A DNA stretch of 62,509 nt from Chiloscyllium plagiosum (lineage: Eukaryota), in contig NC_057719.1 in the NCBI RefSeq assembly GCF_004010195.1, positions 88,685,245 to 88,747,753 of the forward strand, read 5' to 3'. The notes under the pieces were generated by a model that saw only the letters and a program-made list of their open reading frames with translations, was not told the origin of the DNA and made no database searches. Below, piece after piece: positions 38,030 to 50,756 of this stretch (the first letter of the stretch is position 1; each line of letters opens with the position of its first letter). The position numbers and the translations under genes are program-made.

Positions 38030-39230
38030 ACAGGGTGGGGCATGGGGGAAGACTGTTCAGGGGAAAGCAGTAATAGCCAGGTTGGTGGCACTATGACTGG
38101 CTCCAGGGCAGAGTGGGAAAGGATAAAGGCAAACAGGACCTTAGTAACAGGAGACTCGATAGTTAGAGGGACAGACAGGAGATTCTGTGGCCTCAAATGG
38201 GAATCCAGGATGGTATGTTGCTTCCCAGGTGCCAGGGTCCAGCATGTCTTGGAGCATCTGTAGTACATTCTCAAGGGAGATGATGAACAGCCAGAAGTCA
38301 TTGTGCATGTGAGCACAAATGACATGGGTACAAATAGGGATAAGGATTATAGAGAGCTGTAAAAAAATCAGGACCTCTTTGATGGTAATCTTTGGATTAC
38401 TTCCACTTGCATGTGCTAGGGACAGTAAGAACAGGAGGATATGGCAGATGAATGTGTGGCTGAAGAATTGGTACTGGGGCAGGGATTCAGATTTTTAGAT
38501 CATTGGGATCTTTTCTGGGGCAGAGATGACCTGCTCCAAGAGGGACATGCTTCATCTGAACTAGAGGGAACCAATATTTTGGCGGCCAGGTTTACTCGTG
38601 CGACGAGACAGTTTAAACTAGCTTTACTGGGGTGGGATCCTCAATAACAAGGAGAAATGTGCGAGGCTGAAAGGAGGTACAGTAATCATAAATAGTAAAG
38701 TGAAGAGACTGGTCAGGCTGGAATAGGACAGAGAGCAAGGAATGCCTGTTGGAGTAAACTGCATCTATTTTAATGCAAGAAGGCGGTCAGGTAAGGTCGA
38801 TAAATTCAGGACGTGAATAGGTATGTGGAATTGGGATATTATAGCCATTATAGAAACATAGCTAAGGGAGGGACAGGACTGGAAGCTTATGTGCCAGGGT
38901 ACAAGTGTTTTAGGTGGGACAGAGATGATGGAAAGGGGGGCAGGGGGGGAAATTGCATTTTTGATTAAGGTGTGCATCACAGCAGTAATGAGAAATGAAA
39001 TAACTGAAGACTTATCCAGTGAGGCTTTGTGGGTGGAGCTAAGAAATAAGAAGGGGATGGTGGCGTGATTTTGATTGTACTACAGGCCTCCAAGTAGTCA
39101 ACAGGAATTAGAGGAACAGATATGCAGGGAGAATGAGGAAACTTGCAGGAGCAACAGGGCTGTAAGAGTCGGCAATTTTAATTTTCCTAACATAACTGAG
39201 ACTGCCATTGTGTTAAGGGCTTAGATGGTG
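38030..39230 (+). mobile_element. CR1 5' region: ORF1 SGNH-esterase remnant and endonuclease N-terminus
   Basis: LVTGDSIVRGTDRRFCG, VCCFPGARV and VHVSTND, then CIYFNAR and AIIET. Confidence 0.85.
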
Positions 39231-39321
39231 TTCGAACAAAGAACAAAGAAAATTACAGCACAGGAACAGACCCTTCGGCCCTCCAAGCCTGTGCCAATCA
39301 AATCCTCTATCCGCGCCTTAT

Positions 39322-39630
39322 GGGAGGCATGGTGGCTTAGTGGTTAGCACTTCTGCCTCACAGCACAAGGGTCCAGGGTTCGATTCCCGCCTGTCTGTGT
39401 GGAGTTTGCACATTTTCCCTGTGTCTGCGTGGGTTTCCTCCCACAATCCAAAGATGTGCAGGTCAGGTGAATTTGCCATGCTAAACTGCCCACAGTGTTA
39501 GGTGCGTTAGTCAGGGGTAAATATAGGGTAGGGGAATGGGTTTGGGTGGGTTTCTCTTCGGAGGGGCGGTGTGGACTTGTTGGGCTGAAGGGCCTGTTTC
39601 CATACTGAAGAGAATCTAGAATCTAGTCTA
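39322..39630 (+). mobile_element. HE1/V-SINE-type SINE
   Basis: Head, V-domain and tail motifs. Confidence 0.85.
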
Positions 39631-40129
39631 AACATATCACCTATTTTGTAAGGATTGGTATCTCTTTGGTCCCTGCCCATTCATATATCTGTCTAGATAC
39701 ATCTCAAATGACGCTATTGTGCCCGCCTTTACCACCTTTGCTAGTAACATGTTCAAGGCACCCACTATTCTCTGCATAAAGAACTTTCCATGCATATCTT
39801 CCTTAAACTTTTTCCCTCTCACCTTGAACTTGCGAGCCCTAGTAATGAATCGCCCACTCTGGGAGAAAGCTTATTGCTATCCACCCTGTCTATATCTCTC
39901 ATGAGTTTGTAGACCTTAATCAAGTCCCCCCTCAATCTCCATCTTTCTAATAAAAATAGTCCTAATCTATTCAACCTCTCTTCATAGCTAGCGCCTTCCG
40001 TACCAGGCAACATCCTGATGAACCTCCTCTGTACCCTCTCCAAAGTATCCACATCCTTTCGGTAATATGGCGACCAGAACTGTACGCAGTATTCCAAATG
40101 TGGCCAAAACAAAGCCCTATACATCTGTA

Positions 40130-40329
40130 CTGAAAAATGTGTTGTTGGAAAAGCGAGTAGGTCAGGCAGCATCCAAGGAGCAGGAGAATTGACTTTTGGG
40201 GCATAAGCCCTTCTTCAGGAATCCCGAGAAGTCGACTCTCCTGCTCCTTGGATGCTGCCTGACCTACTGCGCTTTTCCAGCAACACATTTTTCAGCTCTG
40301 ATCTCCAGCATCTGCAGTCCTCACTTTTT
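40130..40329. mobile_element. 200-bp fold-back PLE
   Basis: 15-bp TSD CCCTATACATYTGTA at 40115-40129 and 40330-40344. Confidence 0.85.
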
Positions 40330-40859
40330 CCCTATACATTTGTAACATGACTTCTGGGTACAATGGACCTGAATACCCAGATCTCTCTGTACATCAATTT
40401 TAGCTCTTGAATCGGATCTTCCAAAATACATCACCTTGCATTTGCCTGGATTGAATTCCATCTGTCATTTCTCTGCCCAACTCTCCAATCTATCTATATT
40501 CAGCTGTATTCTGACAATCCCCTTCACTATCTGCTACTCCACCAATCTTAGTGTCATCTGCAAACTTGCTAAGCAGACCACTTATCATTTATGTATGTCA
40601 CAAACAACAGTGGCCCCCAACAAAGAACCTTGTGGAACACCACTGGCCACAGTTGCCCAATTTGGGAAACTCCCTTCCACTACTATTCCCTGTCTCCTGC
40701 TGCCCAGCCAGTTCTCTATCCATCTAGCTAGTACATCCTGGACCCCATGCAACTTCACTTTCTCCATCAGCCTGCCTTGGGGAACCTTATCAAACACTTA
40801 ACTGAAGTCCATATATATGACATCTACAGCCCTTCCCTCACCAATCAACTTTGCCACTT

Positions 40860-41947
40860 AGAGTCATAGAGTCATTGTGTCAGAGATGTACAGCATGGAA
40901 ACAGACCCTTTGGTCCAACCCGTCCATGCTGACCATGTATCCCAACCCAATCTAGTCCCACCTGCCAGCACCCGGCCGATATCCCTCCAAACACTTCCTA
41001 TTCATATAGCCATCCAAATGCCTCCTAAATGTTGCAATTGTACCAGCCTCCACCACTTCCTCTTGCAGCTCATTCCATACATGTACCACCCTCTGCGTGA
41101 AAAAGATACCCCTTAGGTCTGTTTCATATCTTTCCCCTCTCACCCTGACCTATGCCCTCTAGTTCTGGACTCCCCGACCCCAGGGAAAAGACTTCGTCTA
41201 TTTATCCTATCCATGCTCCTCATAATTTTGTAAACCTCTATAAGGTCATCCCTCAGCCTCTGAAGCTCCAGGAAAAACAGCCTCAGCCTATTCAACTGAA
41301 ATCCTCCACCTTGGCAACATCCTTGTAAATCTTTTCTCAACCCTTTCAAGTTTAACAACATCTTTCTGATAGGAAGGAGACCAGAAGTGCATGCAATGTT
41401 CCAAAAGTGGCCTAACCAATGTCCTGCACAGCTGCAACATGACCTCCCAACTCCTGTACTCAATACTCTGACCAATAAAGGAAAGTATACTAAACGCCTT
41501 CTTCACTATCCTATCTACCTGCAACTCCACTTTCAAGGAGCTATGAATCTGTACTCCAAGGTCTCTTTGTTCAGCAGCACTCTCTAGAACCTTACCATTA
41601 AGTGTATAAGTCCTGCAAAGATTTGCTTTCCCAAAATACAGCACCTCGCATTTATCTGAATTAAACTCCATCTGCCACTTCTCAGTCTATTGGCCCTTCT
41701 GATCAATATCTCATTGTAACCTGAGGTAACCTTCTTTGCTGTCCACTACACCTCCAATTTTGGTATCATCTGCAAACTTACTAACAGTGCCTCTTATGCT
41801 CACATCCAAATCATTTATATAAATGACTAAAAGCAGAGGACCCAGCACCAATCCTTGTAGCACTCCACTGGTCACAGGCTTCCAGTCCGAAAAAAAACCC
41901 TCCACCAGCACCCTGTCTTCTACTTTTGAGCCAGTTCTGTATCCAAA
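40860..41947 (-). mobile_element. Younger CR1 nested in an older CR1
   Basis: Has its own 3' tail at 40860; the host reading resumes at ~41947; similar to 58826-59890. Confidence 0.85.
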
Positions 41948-42340
41948 GAATTCTATTAAGTTTGCAAGACATGATCTTCCCTGCACAAAACCAAAGTGAC
42001 TATCACTGATAAGACCATTTTCTTCCAAATGTAAATCGATCCTATCCCTCAGTATCTTCTCCAGCAGCTTCCCTACCACTGATGTCAGGCTTACCAGTCC
42101 ATAATTACCTGGATTATCCCTGCTACCCTCTTAAACAATGAGATAACATTAGCAATTCTCCAATCCTCTAGGACCCCACCCTTGTTCAAGGATGCTGCAA
42201 AGATATCTGTTAATCCCCAGCTATTTCCTCTCTCGCTTCCCTCAGTAACCTGGGATAGATCCCATCTGGACCTGGGGACTTGTCTACCTTAATGTCTTTT
42301 AGAATACCCAACACTTCCTCCTTGCTTATGTCCACTTTCT

Positions 42341-42653
42341 TTTAGATTAGATTACTTACAGTGTAGAAACAGGCCCTTCGGCCCAGCAAGTCCTCACTGA
42401 CCCTCCGAAGAGCAACCCACCCAGACCCATTCCCCTACATTTACCCCTTCACCTAACACTATGGGCAATTTAGCATGGCCAATTCACTGACCTGCACATC
42501 TTTGGACTGTGGGAGGAAACCACATCACCCGAGGAAACCTACGCGGACACGGGGAGAATGTGCAAACTCCACACAGACAGTTGCCTGAGGCGGGATTTGA
42601 ACCCAGGTCTCTGCCGCTGTGAGGCAGCAGTGCTAACCGCCTCTATACCGCCC
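42341..42653 (-). mobile_element. HE1/V-SINE-type SINE
   Basis: Head, V-domain and (TAATC)n tail. Confidence 0.85.
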
Positions 42654-42806
42654 ATAAACCTAGAGTAATCAAACATCTATCCCTAACTTCAACATCTGTT
42701 ATGTCCCTCTTCTCCGTGAATACTGATGCAAAGTACTCATTAAGAATCTCCGACTCCACACATAACTTTCCTTCTTTGTCCTTGAGTGGTCCAACCCTTT
42801 CTCTAG

Positions 42807-43024
42807 GAGAAAGTGAGGACTGCAGATGCTGGAGGTCAGAAGTGAAAAATGTGTTGCTGGAAAAGCGCAGCAGGTCAGGCAGCATCCAAGGAGCAGGAGA
42901 ATCGACGTTTCGGGCATAAGCCCTTCTTTGGAATGAGCTGAAGAAGGGCTTATGCCCAAAACGTCGATTCTCCTGCTCCTTGGATCCTGCCTGACCTGCT
43001 GCGCTTTTCCAGCAACACATTTTT
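42807..43024. mobile_element. 218-bp fold-back PLE
   Basis: 15-bp TSD CAACCYTTTCTCTAG at 42792-42806 and 43025-43039. Confidence 0.85.
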
Positions 43025-43230
43025 CAACCTTTTCTCTAGTTACCCTCTTCCTCCTTACATACGAATAAAAGGCTTTGGGATTTTCCTTAACTCTGTTTGC
43101 TAAAGATATTTCATGACCCCTTTTAGCCTTCTTAATTCCTCGTTCCAGATTGGTCCTACTTTCCCAATATTCTTCCAAAACTTTGTCTGTTTTCAGTAAC
43201 CTAGACCTTATGTGTGCTTCCTTTATCCTC

Positions 43231-45095
43231 ATGTTAAGTGCATTCAGGAAAAAGTTTGCTCAAGCAGCACATAGTGATCCTTGACCTACTCTTGGGAAAT
43301 AGTGCAGGGCAGGAGACATGACAATGGGGGAGCACTTTGCGACCAGTGACCATAGTTATATTAATTTTAAAATAGTTATGGAAAGGGACAAAACTGATCA
43401 ACAGGTTCAAATTTTAAATTGCGGCAAGATGAATTTTGATAGAATTAAATAGGAGCTTGGAGTAGTTTGTTTCCAGGCAAAGGAACCTGTGACAAATGGG
43501 AGGCCTTTCAAAGTGAGATAGCTGAAGTTCAAGATCGATATTTCCTGAGAGGGTGAAAGGCAAGATTGACAAGAATAGTGAATCCTGGATGACTAGAGAT
43601 ATTGAGGCTTTGACCAGAAAAAAGGAAGTATAGCTTAGGTACAGATCAAGGGAATCCCTAGAGATATATAGGGGATACATGAGTTTACTGAAGAAGGAAA
43701 TCAGGAGAGCGAAAAGTGGCGTGAGAAGGTTAAGGTGACTCCAAAGAGGTTCTTTAAATATATTAAAAGAAAATTAACTAGAGAGCGAATAGGACCCCTC
43801 AAGGACTAAAGTGGATATGTATGTGTAGAACAGCAGAAGTTTACTGTGGAGAAAGGCATGAAGGCTTGGGAATTGGGGGAAAATAGTGGTCATGTCTTGT
43901 GGACAGCCCATATCGTAGTAGAGCTGGTGTTCGATGTATTAGAATATATGAAGCTGGATAAATCTCCTGATCCTGACCAGATATATCCCAAGAACTCTGC
44001 TAGGGGCCAGAGAAGAAATTGCGGAGGCCCTAGTTGATATTTTTACATTATTGTTAGCCATTGGTGAGATTACAGAGGACTGGAGGGTAGGGAATGTTGT
44101 GCCCTTATTCAAGAAGGGCTGGAAAGAATAGTCTGGGAACTATATACCAGTAAGTCTGTGGTAGATATGTTATTGAGAAGATTCTGAGAGTTAAGATATA
44201 CATGCATTTGGAAAGACAGGGTTTGATTTGGAGTAATCAGCATGGCTTTGTGCGTGGGAGATCATGCCTCACATATTTGTTAGAGGTCTTTGATGAAGTG
44301 ATCAAGAAGGATGACGAGGGCAGGGCGGCAGACGCAGTCTATATGGATTTCTATACGGCCTTTGGTAAGGTTCCACATGAGAGGTTGCTCTGGAAGGATA
44401 AATTACATGGAATCCAGGGGGAGCTAGAAATTGGCTTGATGGTAGGAAGCAGAGGGTAATAGTGGAAGGATGCTTGTCGGACTGGAGGCCTGTGACTAGT
44501 GGAGTGCCTCAGGGGTCAGTGCTGGGCCCATTAATTTGTTATCTATATCAATAATTTGGATGAGAATGTACAAGGCATGATTAGTAAGTTTGCAAGTGAC
44601 ACTAAAGTAGGCAGTATTGTAGACAATGTGGAACGTTATCAGAAAATGCGGCAGGATCTTGGTAAAGTGGGCCGAGAAATGGCAAATGGAGTTTAATATT
44701 GATAAGTATAACATTTTATGGTGAATTGTAGGGCCCGAAGGATTGTGGTAGAACAGAGGGACCTTGGATTTCAGGTGTTTGGTTGTCTGAAAGTGGAGTC
44801 ACAGGTAGACAGGGCAGTGAAGAAGGCTTTTGGCACACTGGCCTTCATCACTCAGGGCAGTGAATATAGAAGTTGACAAGATATGTTCCAGTTGTATAAG
44901 ACATTGGTGAGGCTGCACTTGGGGTATTGTGCTGAGTTTTGCTCATCTTGCTATAGGAAGGATGTTATTAAACTGGAAAGAATACAGAAGAAATTTACAA
45001 GGATGTTGCCAGGACTCAAGGGTCTGGATAGGGTAAATGCAGTCAGTCTTTTTTCCAGGGTTGGGAAATCGAGGATTAGAGGGCATCAGATTAAG
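43231..45095 (+). mobile_element. Decayed CR1 ORF2
   Basis: DKSPDPDQIYP, QHGFVRGRSCLT and VYMDF motifs. Confidence 0.85.
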
Positions 45096-45392
45096 AGGGG
45101 AATTTATGCCATGGATTTCACCAGTTTCCTCATTTGCCCTCTCCCTACCTTATCCCAGTTCCAACCTTCCAACCACCTATCCGCTCCACCCTCCTCTCCG
45201 ACCTATTACCAATACCTCCACCTCCACCTACCTATCGCACTCTCAGCTATCTATCCCCCCCCCCAATTTATCTCTCTACCCTCTCGGCTCACAAGCCTCA
45301 TTCCTGATGAAGGGGTTTTGCCCAAAATGTCGATTCTCTTGCTCTTCAGATGCTACCTGACCTGCTGTGCTTTTCCAGCACCACACTCTTAA
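45096..45392 (+). mobile_element. PLE 3' fragment with decayed hammerhead
   Basis: Similar to 23185-23500. Confidence 0.75.
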
Positions 45393-45690
45393 CAGTGGTT
45401 AGCACCGCTGCCTCACAGAGCCAGGGACACGGGTTCGATTCCAACCTCGGAAGACTGTCTGTATGGAGTTTGCACATTCTCCCCCCTGTATTTCCACCGG
45501 GTTCTCCGGTTTCCCCCACAGTCTAAAGTTGCCGATAGCATTCAGGGATATATAGGTTAGGTGCATTAGTTAGGGGTAAATATAGGATAATGGTGTAGGG
45601 GAATGAGTCTGGGTGGCTTGCTTTTTGGAGGGTTGGTGTGGTCTTGTTGGTCTGAAGGGCCTGTTTCCACACTGTAGGAATTCTATGAAT
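45393..45690 (+). mobile_element. HE1/V-SINE-type SINE
   Basis: Head, V-domain and tail motifs. Confidence 0.8.
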
Positions 45691-45870
45691 TTTTCAAAGC
45701 TTCATAGGTCAATCTATAACTGCAACTACAGAATATGGTTACACTCATTCTCCTCATGGAGACATGCAGGTATACCTCTCCCACTTTTCAGACTTGCTGC
45801 TGCATTCAGTAACCTTCTCGTGTTGAAGTGCAACAGTAAGTGACTGTAACTGTTGAAGTGCAACAGTTGA

Positions 45871-46183
45871 AGTGGTTAGCACTGCTGCCTCACAGCGCCT
45901 GAGACCCGGGTTCAATTCCCCCCTCGGGCGACTGTCTGTGTGGAGTTTGCACATTCTCCCCGTGTCTACGTGGGTTTCCTCCGGGTGCTCCGGTTTCCTC
46001 CCACAGTCCAAAGATGTGCAGGGTCAGGTGAATTGGCCATGCTAAATTGCCTGTAGTGTTAGGTAAGGGGTAAATGTAGGGGTATGGGTGGGTTTCGCTT
46101 CGGCGGGTCGGTGTGGACTTTTTGGGCCAAAGGGCCTGTTTCCACACTGTAATCTAATCTAATCTGTAATCTAATCTAATCTA
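45871..46183 (+). mobile_element. HE1/V-SINE-type SINE (young)
   Basis: Intact V domain and (TAATC)n tail. Confidence 0.9.
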
Positions 46184-47080
46184 AATGTGATGCAACCCAT
46201 TTGACTATATGCTGGAGTTTGACAATCTGTGTGTGAGACTACCAGCAATGCAAATTGGGTGATAACAAAATAAAGCATATGCATGTTAGGACTCAGTTTG
46301 GATGAATGGAGATTGTTGGTAGGTGGGTAATCAGGATTTGGTGATTTAAACAGTGGCTGAGGGTGTCACTACAATCAGCAAGATATGGCATTTGAAAATG
46401 CATTCTTTGACCTGAACCACAGATCTGAGATCACAAAGCTTCTTCTGGCACTGCATCCGAAGCCTGGGAGCATGTCCTCTACGATTATCCAAGTCCATGC
46501 ACATCATGAGAATTGGACGCCACCCTGCAACTCACTTCCCCTGAGGTCAAAGTAATTTCTCTTTCATTCCACTTCCTCCGCTAAATCTCTGCATTTGAAA
46601 ACCTGGGTGCACGCACACTCCCATGATCAACCATCCTTCCCTAAATCAGCCAGCACCAGCATTAGCTGCAAGGTAACTCCTTTTTCACTACTGCAGATCA
46701 GCTTTAAGCATTACCAGACACTTATTAATACTTATGACCTACACAAGTGAACAATGATTGCATGCAATGATCAAGATGATGAACAGACAACAAAGATGTG
46801 ATCTGACACCTTCATTGAACAGACCAGAGCCAAGTTCACCCCACACCAGGTTTCAGGGGCTAACCAATTTAAGCCCCTTGAGTTTTCATTTGGCTCCAGC
46901 CATCCCATAATCTTGTGCACTGAGTTTGGAGTTCACAAAGTAAAATTTAAAACTTAAAATTATTAGCAGTGACCAACAAATTATTTCAACAAAGCTGATT
47001 TACTCGAGAAATGATTTCTTCTTAAGGAACAAAAGGCTGGTAAATATCTTGAATATTTAATGTAATAAAGAAAAACCTAC

Positions 47081-47265
47081 ATGTCTTCAGTTTTGTTTGC
47101 ATCCCATGCTCTTTTCCATTCTCCTTTGGAGTTTTTGTGACGTGCTAGCCTCTCTTGATCTATCTGCTCCCGTTCCTTCTTCCAGCGGACATACTCTGCT
47201 CTCTCCCGGCCAGTCATCAATAAAGTCATGTCCACCGTGCCTTTCTGAGCTGGCAGTCCACCTTC
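47081..47265 (-). CDS. CCDC9B: Internal coding exon of a CCDC9-family gene (most like CCDC9B/C15orf52)
   Basis: Encodes EGGLPAQKGTVDMTLLMTGRERAEYVRWKKEREQIDQERLARHKNSKGEWKRAWDANKTED(M), the conserved MTGRER-EY-RWK-ERE-ID-ERL-RH-W-R-WD block of CCDC9/CCDC9B. Acceptor TTTGCTTCAG| and donor AT|GTAGGT; 185 bp, phase 0 to 2. The paralog assignment is less certain than the family. Confidence 0.85.
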
Positions 47266-48975
47266 CTGAAGCAAATAACAAATATTACAATGTTAACATT
47301 TGAAATGCTAACATTTCAGAACCAAAACAGTTCCCAGCATTTACACTATCAAAGGCGATCACAGACAAAAGCCTATTGTAGGCAAATGACACTAACCATT
47401 TAGCAGAACTATATGAGCCAATTATAAAGGTGATGCTTAAAAGAGGTACACTGAAAATTAATTCCGTGTCTGTTCAAAAAATAGGGAAATACTCTACAAT
47501 GTTTGCTCTAATTGGCAAGTTTTCAATAATCACTAAAATGGTATTTGAAACTAATTGTTTGTTTATTTCTTTTCTGTTCCCATCTAATTCTTGCCATCAC
47601 TAAAAGTCACTGGATTGGGGAATCAAACTTGAATCAAACTGCGATGAACCATGATTAAATCACAAAATCACAGCAGATGCCCCAGGATGTCAGGCATGAG
47701 TAATGAGGAGAATTCATAGATGGTAAGAATTTTTCTTGGTTACATAATGTCCTTGACTGATCCATTATGATTTTACCAGTAAAACGTATAGAAAACCTAT
47801 CATATTAACATTAACATAGTCTATAAAGAGATACAAACTGTGTAGCAAAATAAAGTCAAAATATTTTGGGATTCTGTGCATTCGCCAGCTCTTGTATGAA
47901 AGAAAAGAAATTAATGCTTCAAAACCTCTTTTTAAAACATCTAGTCAAAGAATTACACACAGTCATGGTAACTCCTTTTTACTGGCTTAGATAACAAACC
48001 GGTAATGACAGTGTGGAAGACACAAAGATTTTTTTCAATCTCAGTTTGCACCAAGTTTTAACTAATCCTTATGACAGTAACACAGCACTGCATTTGGCCT
48101 ATATAATTACAACAGCAACCACACTTCAAAAGTAATTAATTGATAAATAAGGTTTGCATTCAATCACCATTAACTTGCACATGTATGTATGGACAGGTAT
48201 GTGTTTATGCAAATTTGAGAGGGTGCATGAGAAAGTCTGTTGGAGATTCTGAATGAGAGGATATTGAGACGAGAGAAAATGTCAGCTTCAACTGTGAAAT
48301 CCCTGTGCTCAAATTACTTACAGTCACTGGTCAGTTTTGACCAATTTGCCTAGACTGGATAACATTGTTCAGGATATAATTTATTCAAGCCTGAATATTT
48401 AAAGTTCAAATACATGATATTGCCTCAATTTTATAAGGAATAAAACAAAGGCTTTTAACGATATTTTAATTTTGTACCATTTTCTTATCCATAATTTAGC
48501 CAATTAATTAACATACAAGATGAGACGTGTGTTTTGACATACTACATCACTTGAAGTCGGCAAAACCTTGAAATTCAGAAATTTTACCATATCAGATATT
48601 TAACAGAAAATCAAAAATTCACTTAACATGCATGCATTTTATGGGTTACGTGTTCATATATATGGCCTTAAAGTCATCTGTCCATCAACTCACCTTATTG
48701 CTCCATACAAAGACATAATACATCACCCAGCGAATAGCATGCAAGCAACAAATCATGCAATGTTAATATTTCAGCCTTGCACTTACATTACACTTCAGGA
48801 CAGCAGATAAAGTAGACTTTTTTTCACCTTCTGAGGCAGAGTTTGAGCCAGTCATTACCATAAATCTGCAGTGCTCAGTTTTTCTATTCACATATTTACT
48901 GTTTGGCAGTTACGAGCTGAGAGCAGGTTTAATTGTCTCCTTATAAAATCAAAGATGACAAATGGAGATGCATGT

Positions 48976-49302
48976 GGGTGGCACGGTGGCACAGTGGTTA
49001 GCACTGCTGCCTCACAGCGCCAGAGACCCGGGTTCAATTTCCGACTCAGGCGACTGACTGTGTGGAGTTTGCACATTCTCCCCGTGTCTGCGTGGGTTTC
49101 CTCCGGGTGCTCCGGTTTCCTCCCACAGTCCAAAGATGTGCAGGTCAGGTGAATTGGCCACGCTAAATTGCCCGTAGTGTCAGGTAAAGTGGTAAATGTA
49201 GGGGAATGGGTGGGTTACGCTTCGGCGGGTCGGTGTGACAACCTTGTTGGGCCGAAGGGCCTATTTCCACACTGTAAGTAATCTAATCTAATCTAATCTA
49301 AT
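48976..49302 (+). mobile_element. HE1/V-SINE-type SINE (full length)
   Basis: Complete tRNA-like head and (TAATC)n tail. Confidence 0.9.
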
Positions 49303-50532
49303 AATGACAAATTCACTGAAAAGACAGCTTAGATTTTGGAGTATTTTGGATTGAGAATAATATAGCATTTAAAATCTACTTTTGAAATTCTTCAGCTCAA
49401 AGTACTCAGCAGCATGACTTTTCTGGAAACAAGCCTAATCATCATGAGAACATTAAAAGTCAATTATGGACTGGAGCAATATGTAAATTAGACTGGATAA
49501 TGATGTCAGGTTTCCTTCCACAACTTTCACTTATGAACCAGCTTGGTTTTGAAAACAATTTGGCCACTTTCAAACCCGACAAATACAACTTCCCAAACTG
49601 TCACAGAGGAATCTGATCTCTCAACCCTAGATTACTGATCTACTAGGACCATAACACTGCAACTATCAGATTAAATCATGGACTACACTAATTTGAAAAG
49701 TGCTGAATGGTAATGAATAGAAATCCACTGAGTGGGACAAGTTGACAAAGTTCTGTTAATTGGCTAACCCAAGGAAAGAGCTTTGTTCAAAGACAGTCAG
49801 ATGGTTCACTGTTTTAGCAGCATAGACAGATAATGGGCAGTATCCAATTTTATTGCTATCAGGCACTAAACTCAACCAGACAATGGACAGAACTGTGCAG
49901 TACTATTCACATCTCGTTTACCTCAATATTAGAAACAGTTAACATCTCAGTCATCTGTCATCAAAACAGTTTGATGTGTTAGAAGTTGTGGCAGACAGAA
50001 TTGAGGATTAATTCTGTGATTCCCAATTCCAGGATTTTCACTACCTCAACCAGGACTGTGCACAAGGTCATTCTGCAAAACAATATGCTTAGTCTGCACT
50101 GAAAATTATTGACTGCTTTTAATTTTGAGACAAAATTTCTGACGCGCTATTCTCTGAAATTTCTGCAGTTTTGTAATCATAAATCTTGAGAATGAATCTG
50201 ACGTGTTAGACAAATATACAGATTAAGAGCAGAAAGAGGCCTTTCTGCCCCTACAGCCTGCATCATTATGCAATATGATCATGGTTTATGTTTTGAATTC
50301 CACATTCCCATCTATCTACAAAATTCTTGCCTGATAATATTCTTGCTGAAAACCTTTGCCTAACAAGAACATATGTTCCTCTGCCTTAAAAATATTCAAC
50401 GGCCCACCTCCACAACATTTTGAGGCAGTGTTGGTGCTTTCTGAAAAGACCAAAGAATGATATGGGAATCCCATGCAGTCAATGTTGCAATATGCAATGG
50501 GTAGGGGTTAGGGTGGCACTGTATTTCATTTA

Positions 50533-50706
50533 CAGAGGAACCTCGATTATCCGTAGGACACGGTTGGGCAGTATTTCGTTCGGTTGATTGAATTCTGGAT
50601 AATCCAATGTCAAATAACATTGTTTAGTCGCGCATCAGGACATTGCCTTCTTGCCAGGTAATCCGATATTCAGATAATCGAATGCCAGATAATCGAGGTT
50701 CCTCTG
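50533..50706. mobile_element. 174-bp MITE (Tc1/mariner-pogo type)
   Basis: Perfect 19-bp TIR CAGAGGAACCTCGATTATC with a TA duplication on both sides. Confidence 0.9.
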
Positions 50707-50756
50707 TACTGCACTAACGGGCATTAGTTTTGATTTTCACAAGAAGATATTTATTA

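Larger units (their letters stand above)
39233..43230 (-). mobile_element. Long decayed CR1 hosting four nested insertions
   Basis: Antisense RT motifs throughout; interrupted at 39322-39630, 40130-40329, 40860-41947, 42341-42653 and 42807-43024. Confidence 0.85.

Noticed and set aside
45821..45867. 17-bp direct repeat TGTTGAAGTGCAACAGT before a SINE
   Set aside because: Both copies are on the same side of the SINE, so it is not a TSD; probably a junction micro-duplication.
48976..49050. tRNA genes in SINE heads (also 15350-15422, 45871-45920 and others)
   Set aside because: A/B boxes run directly into the V-SINE body; no complete cloverleaf.
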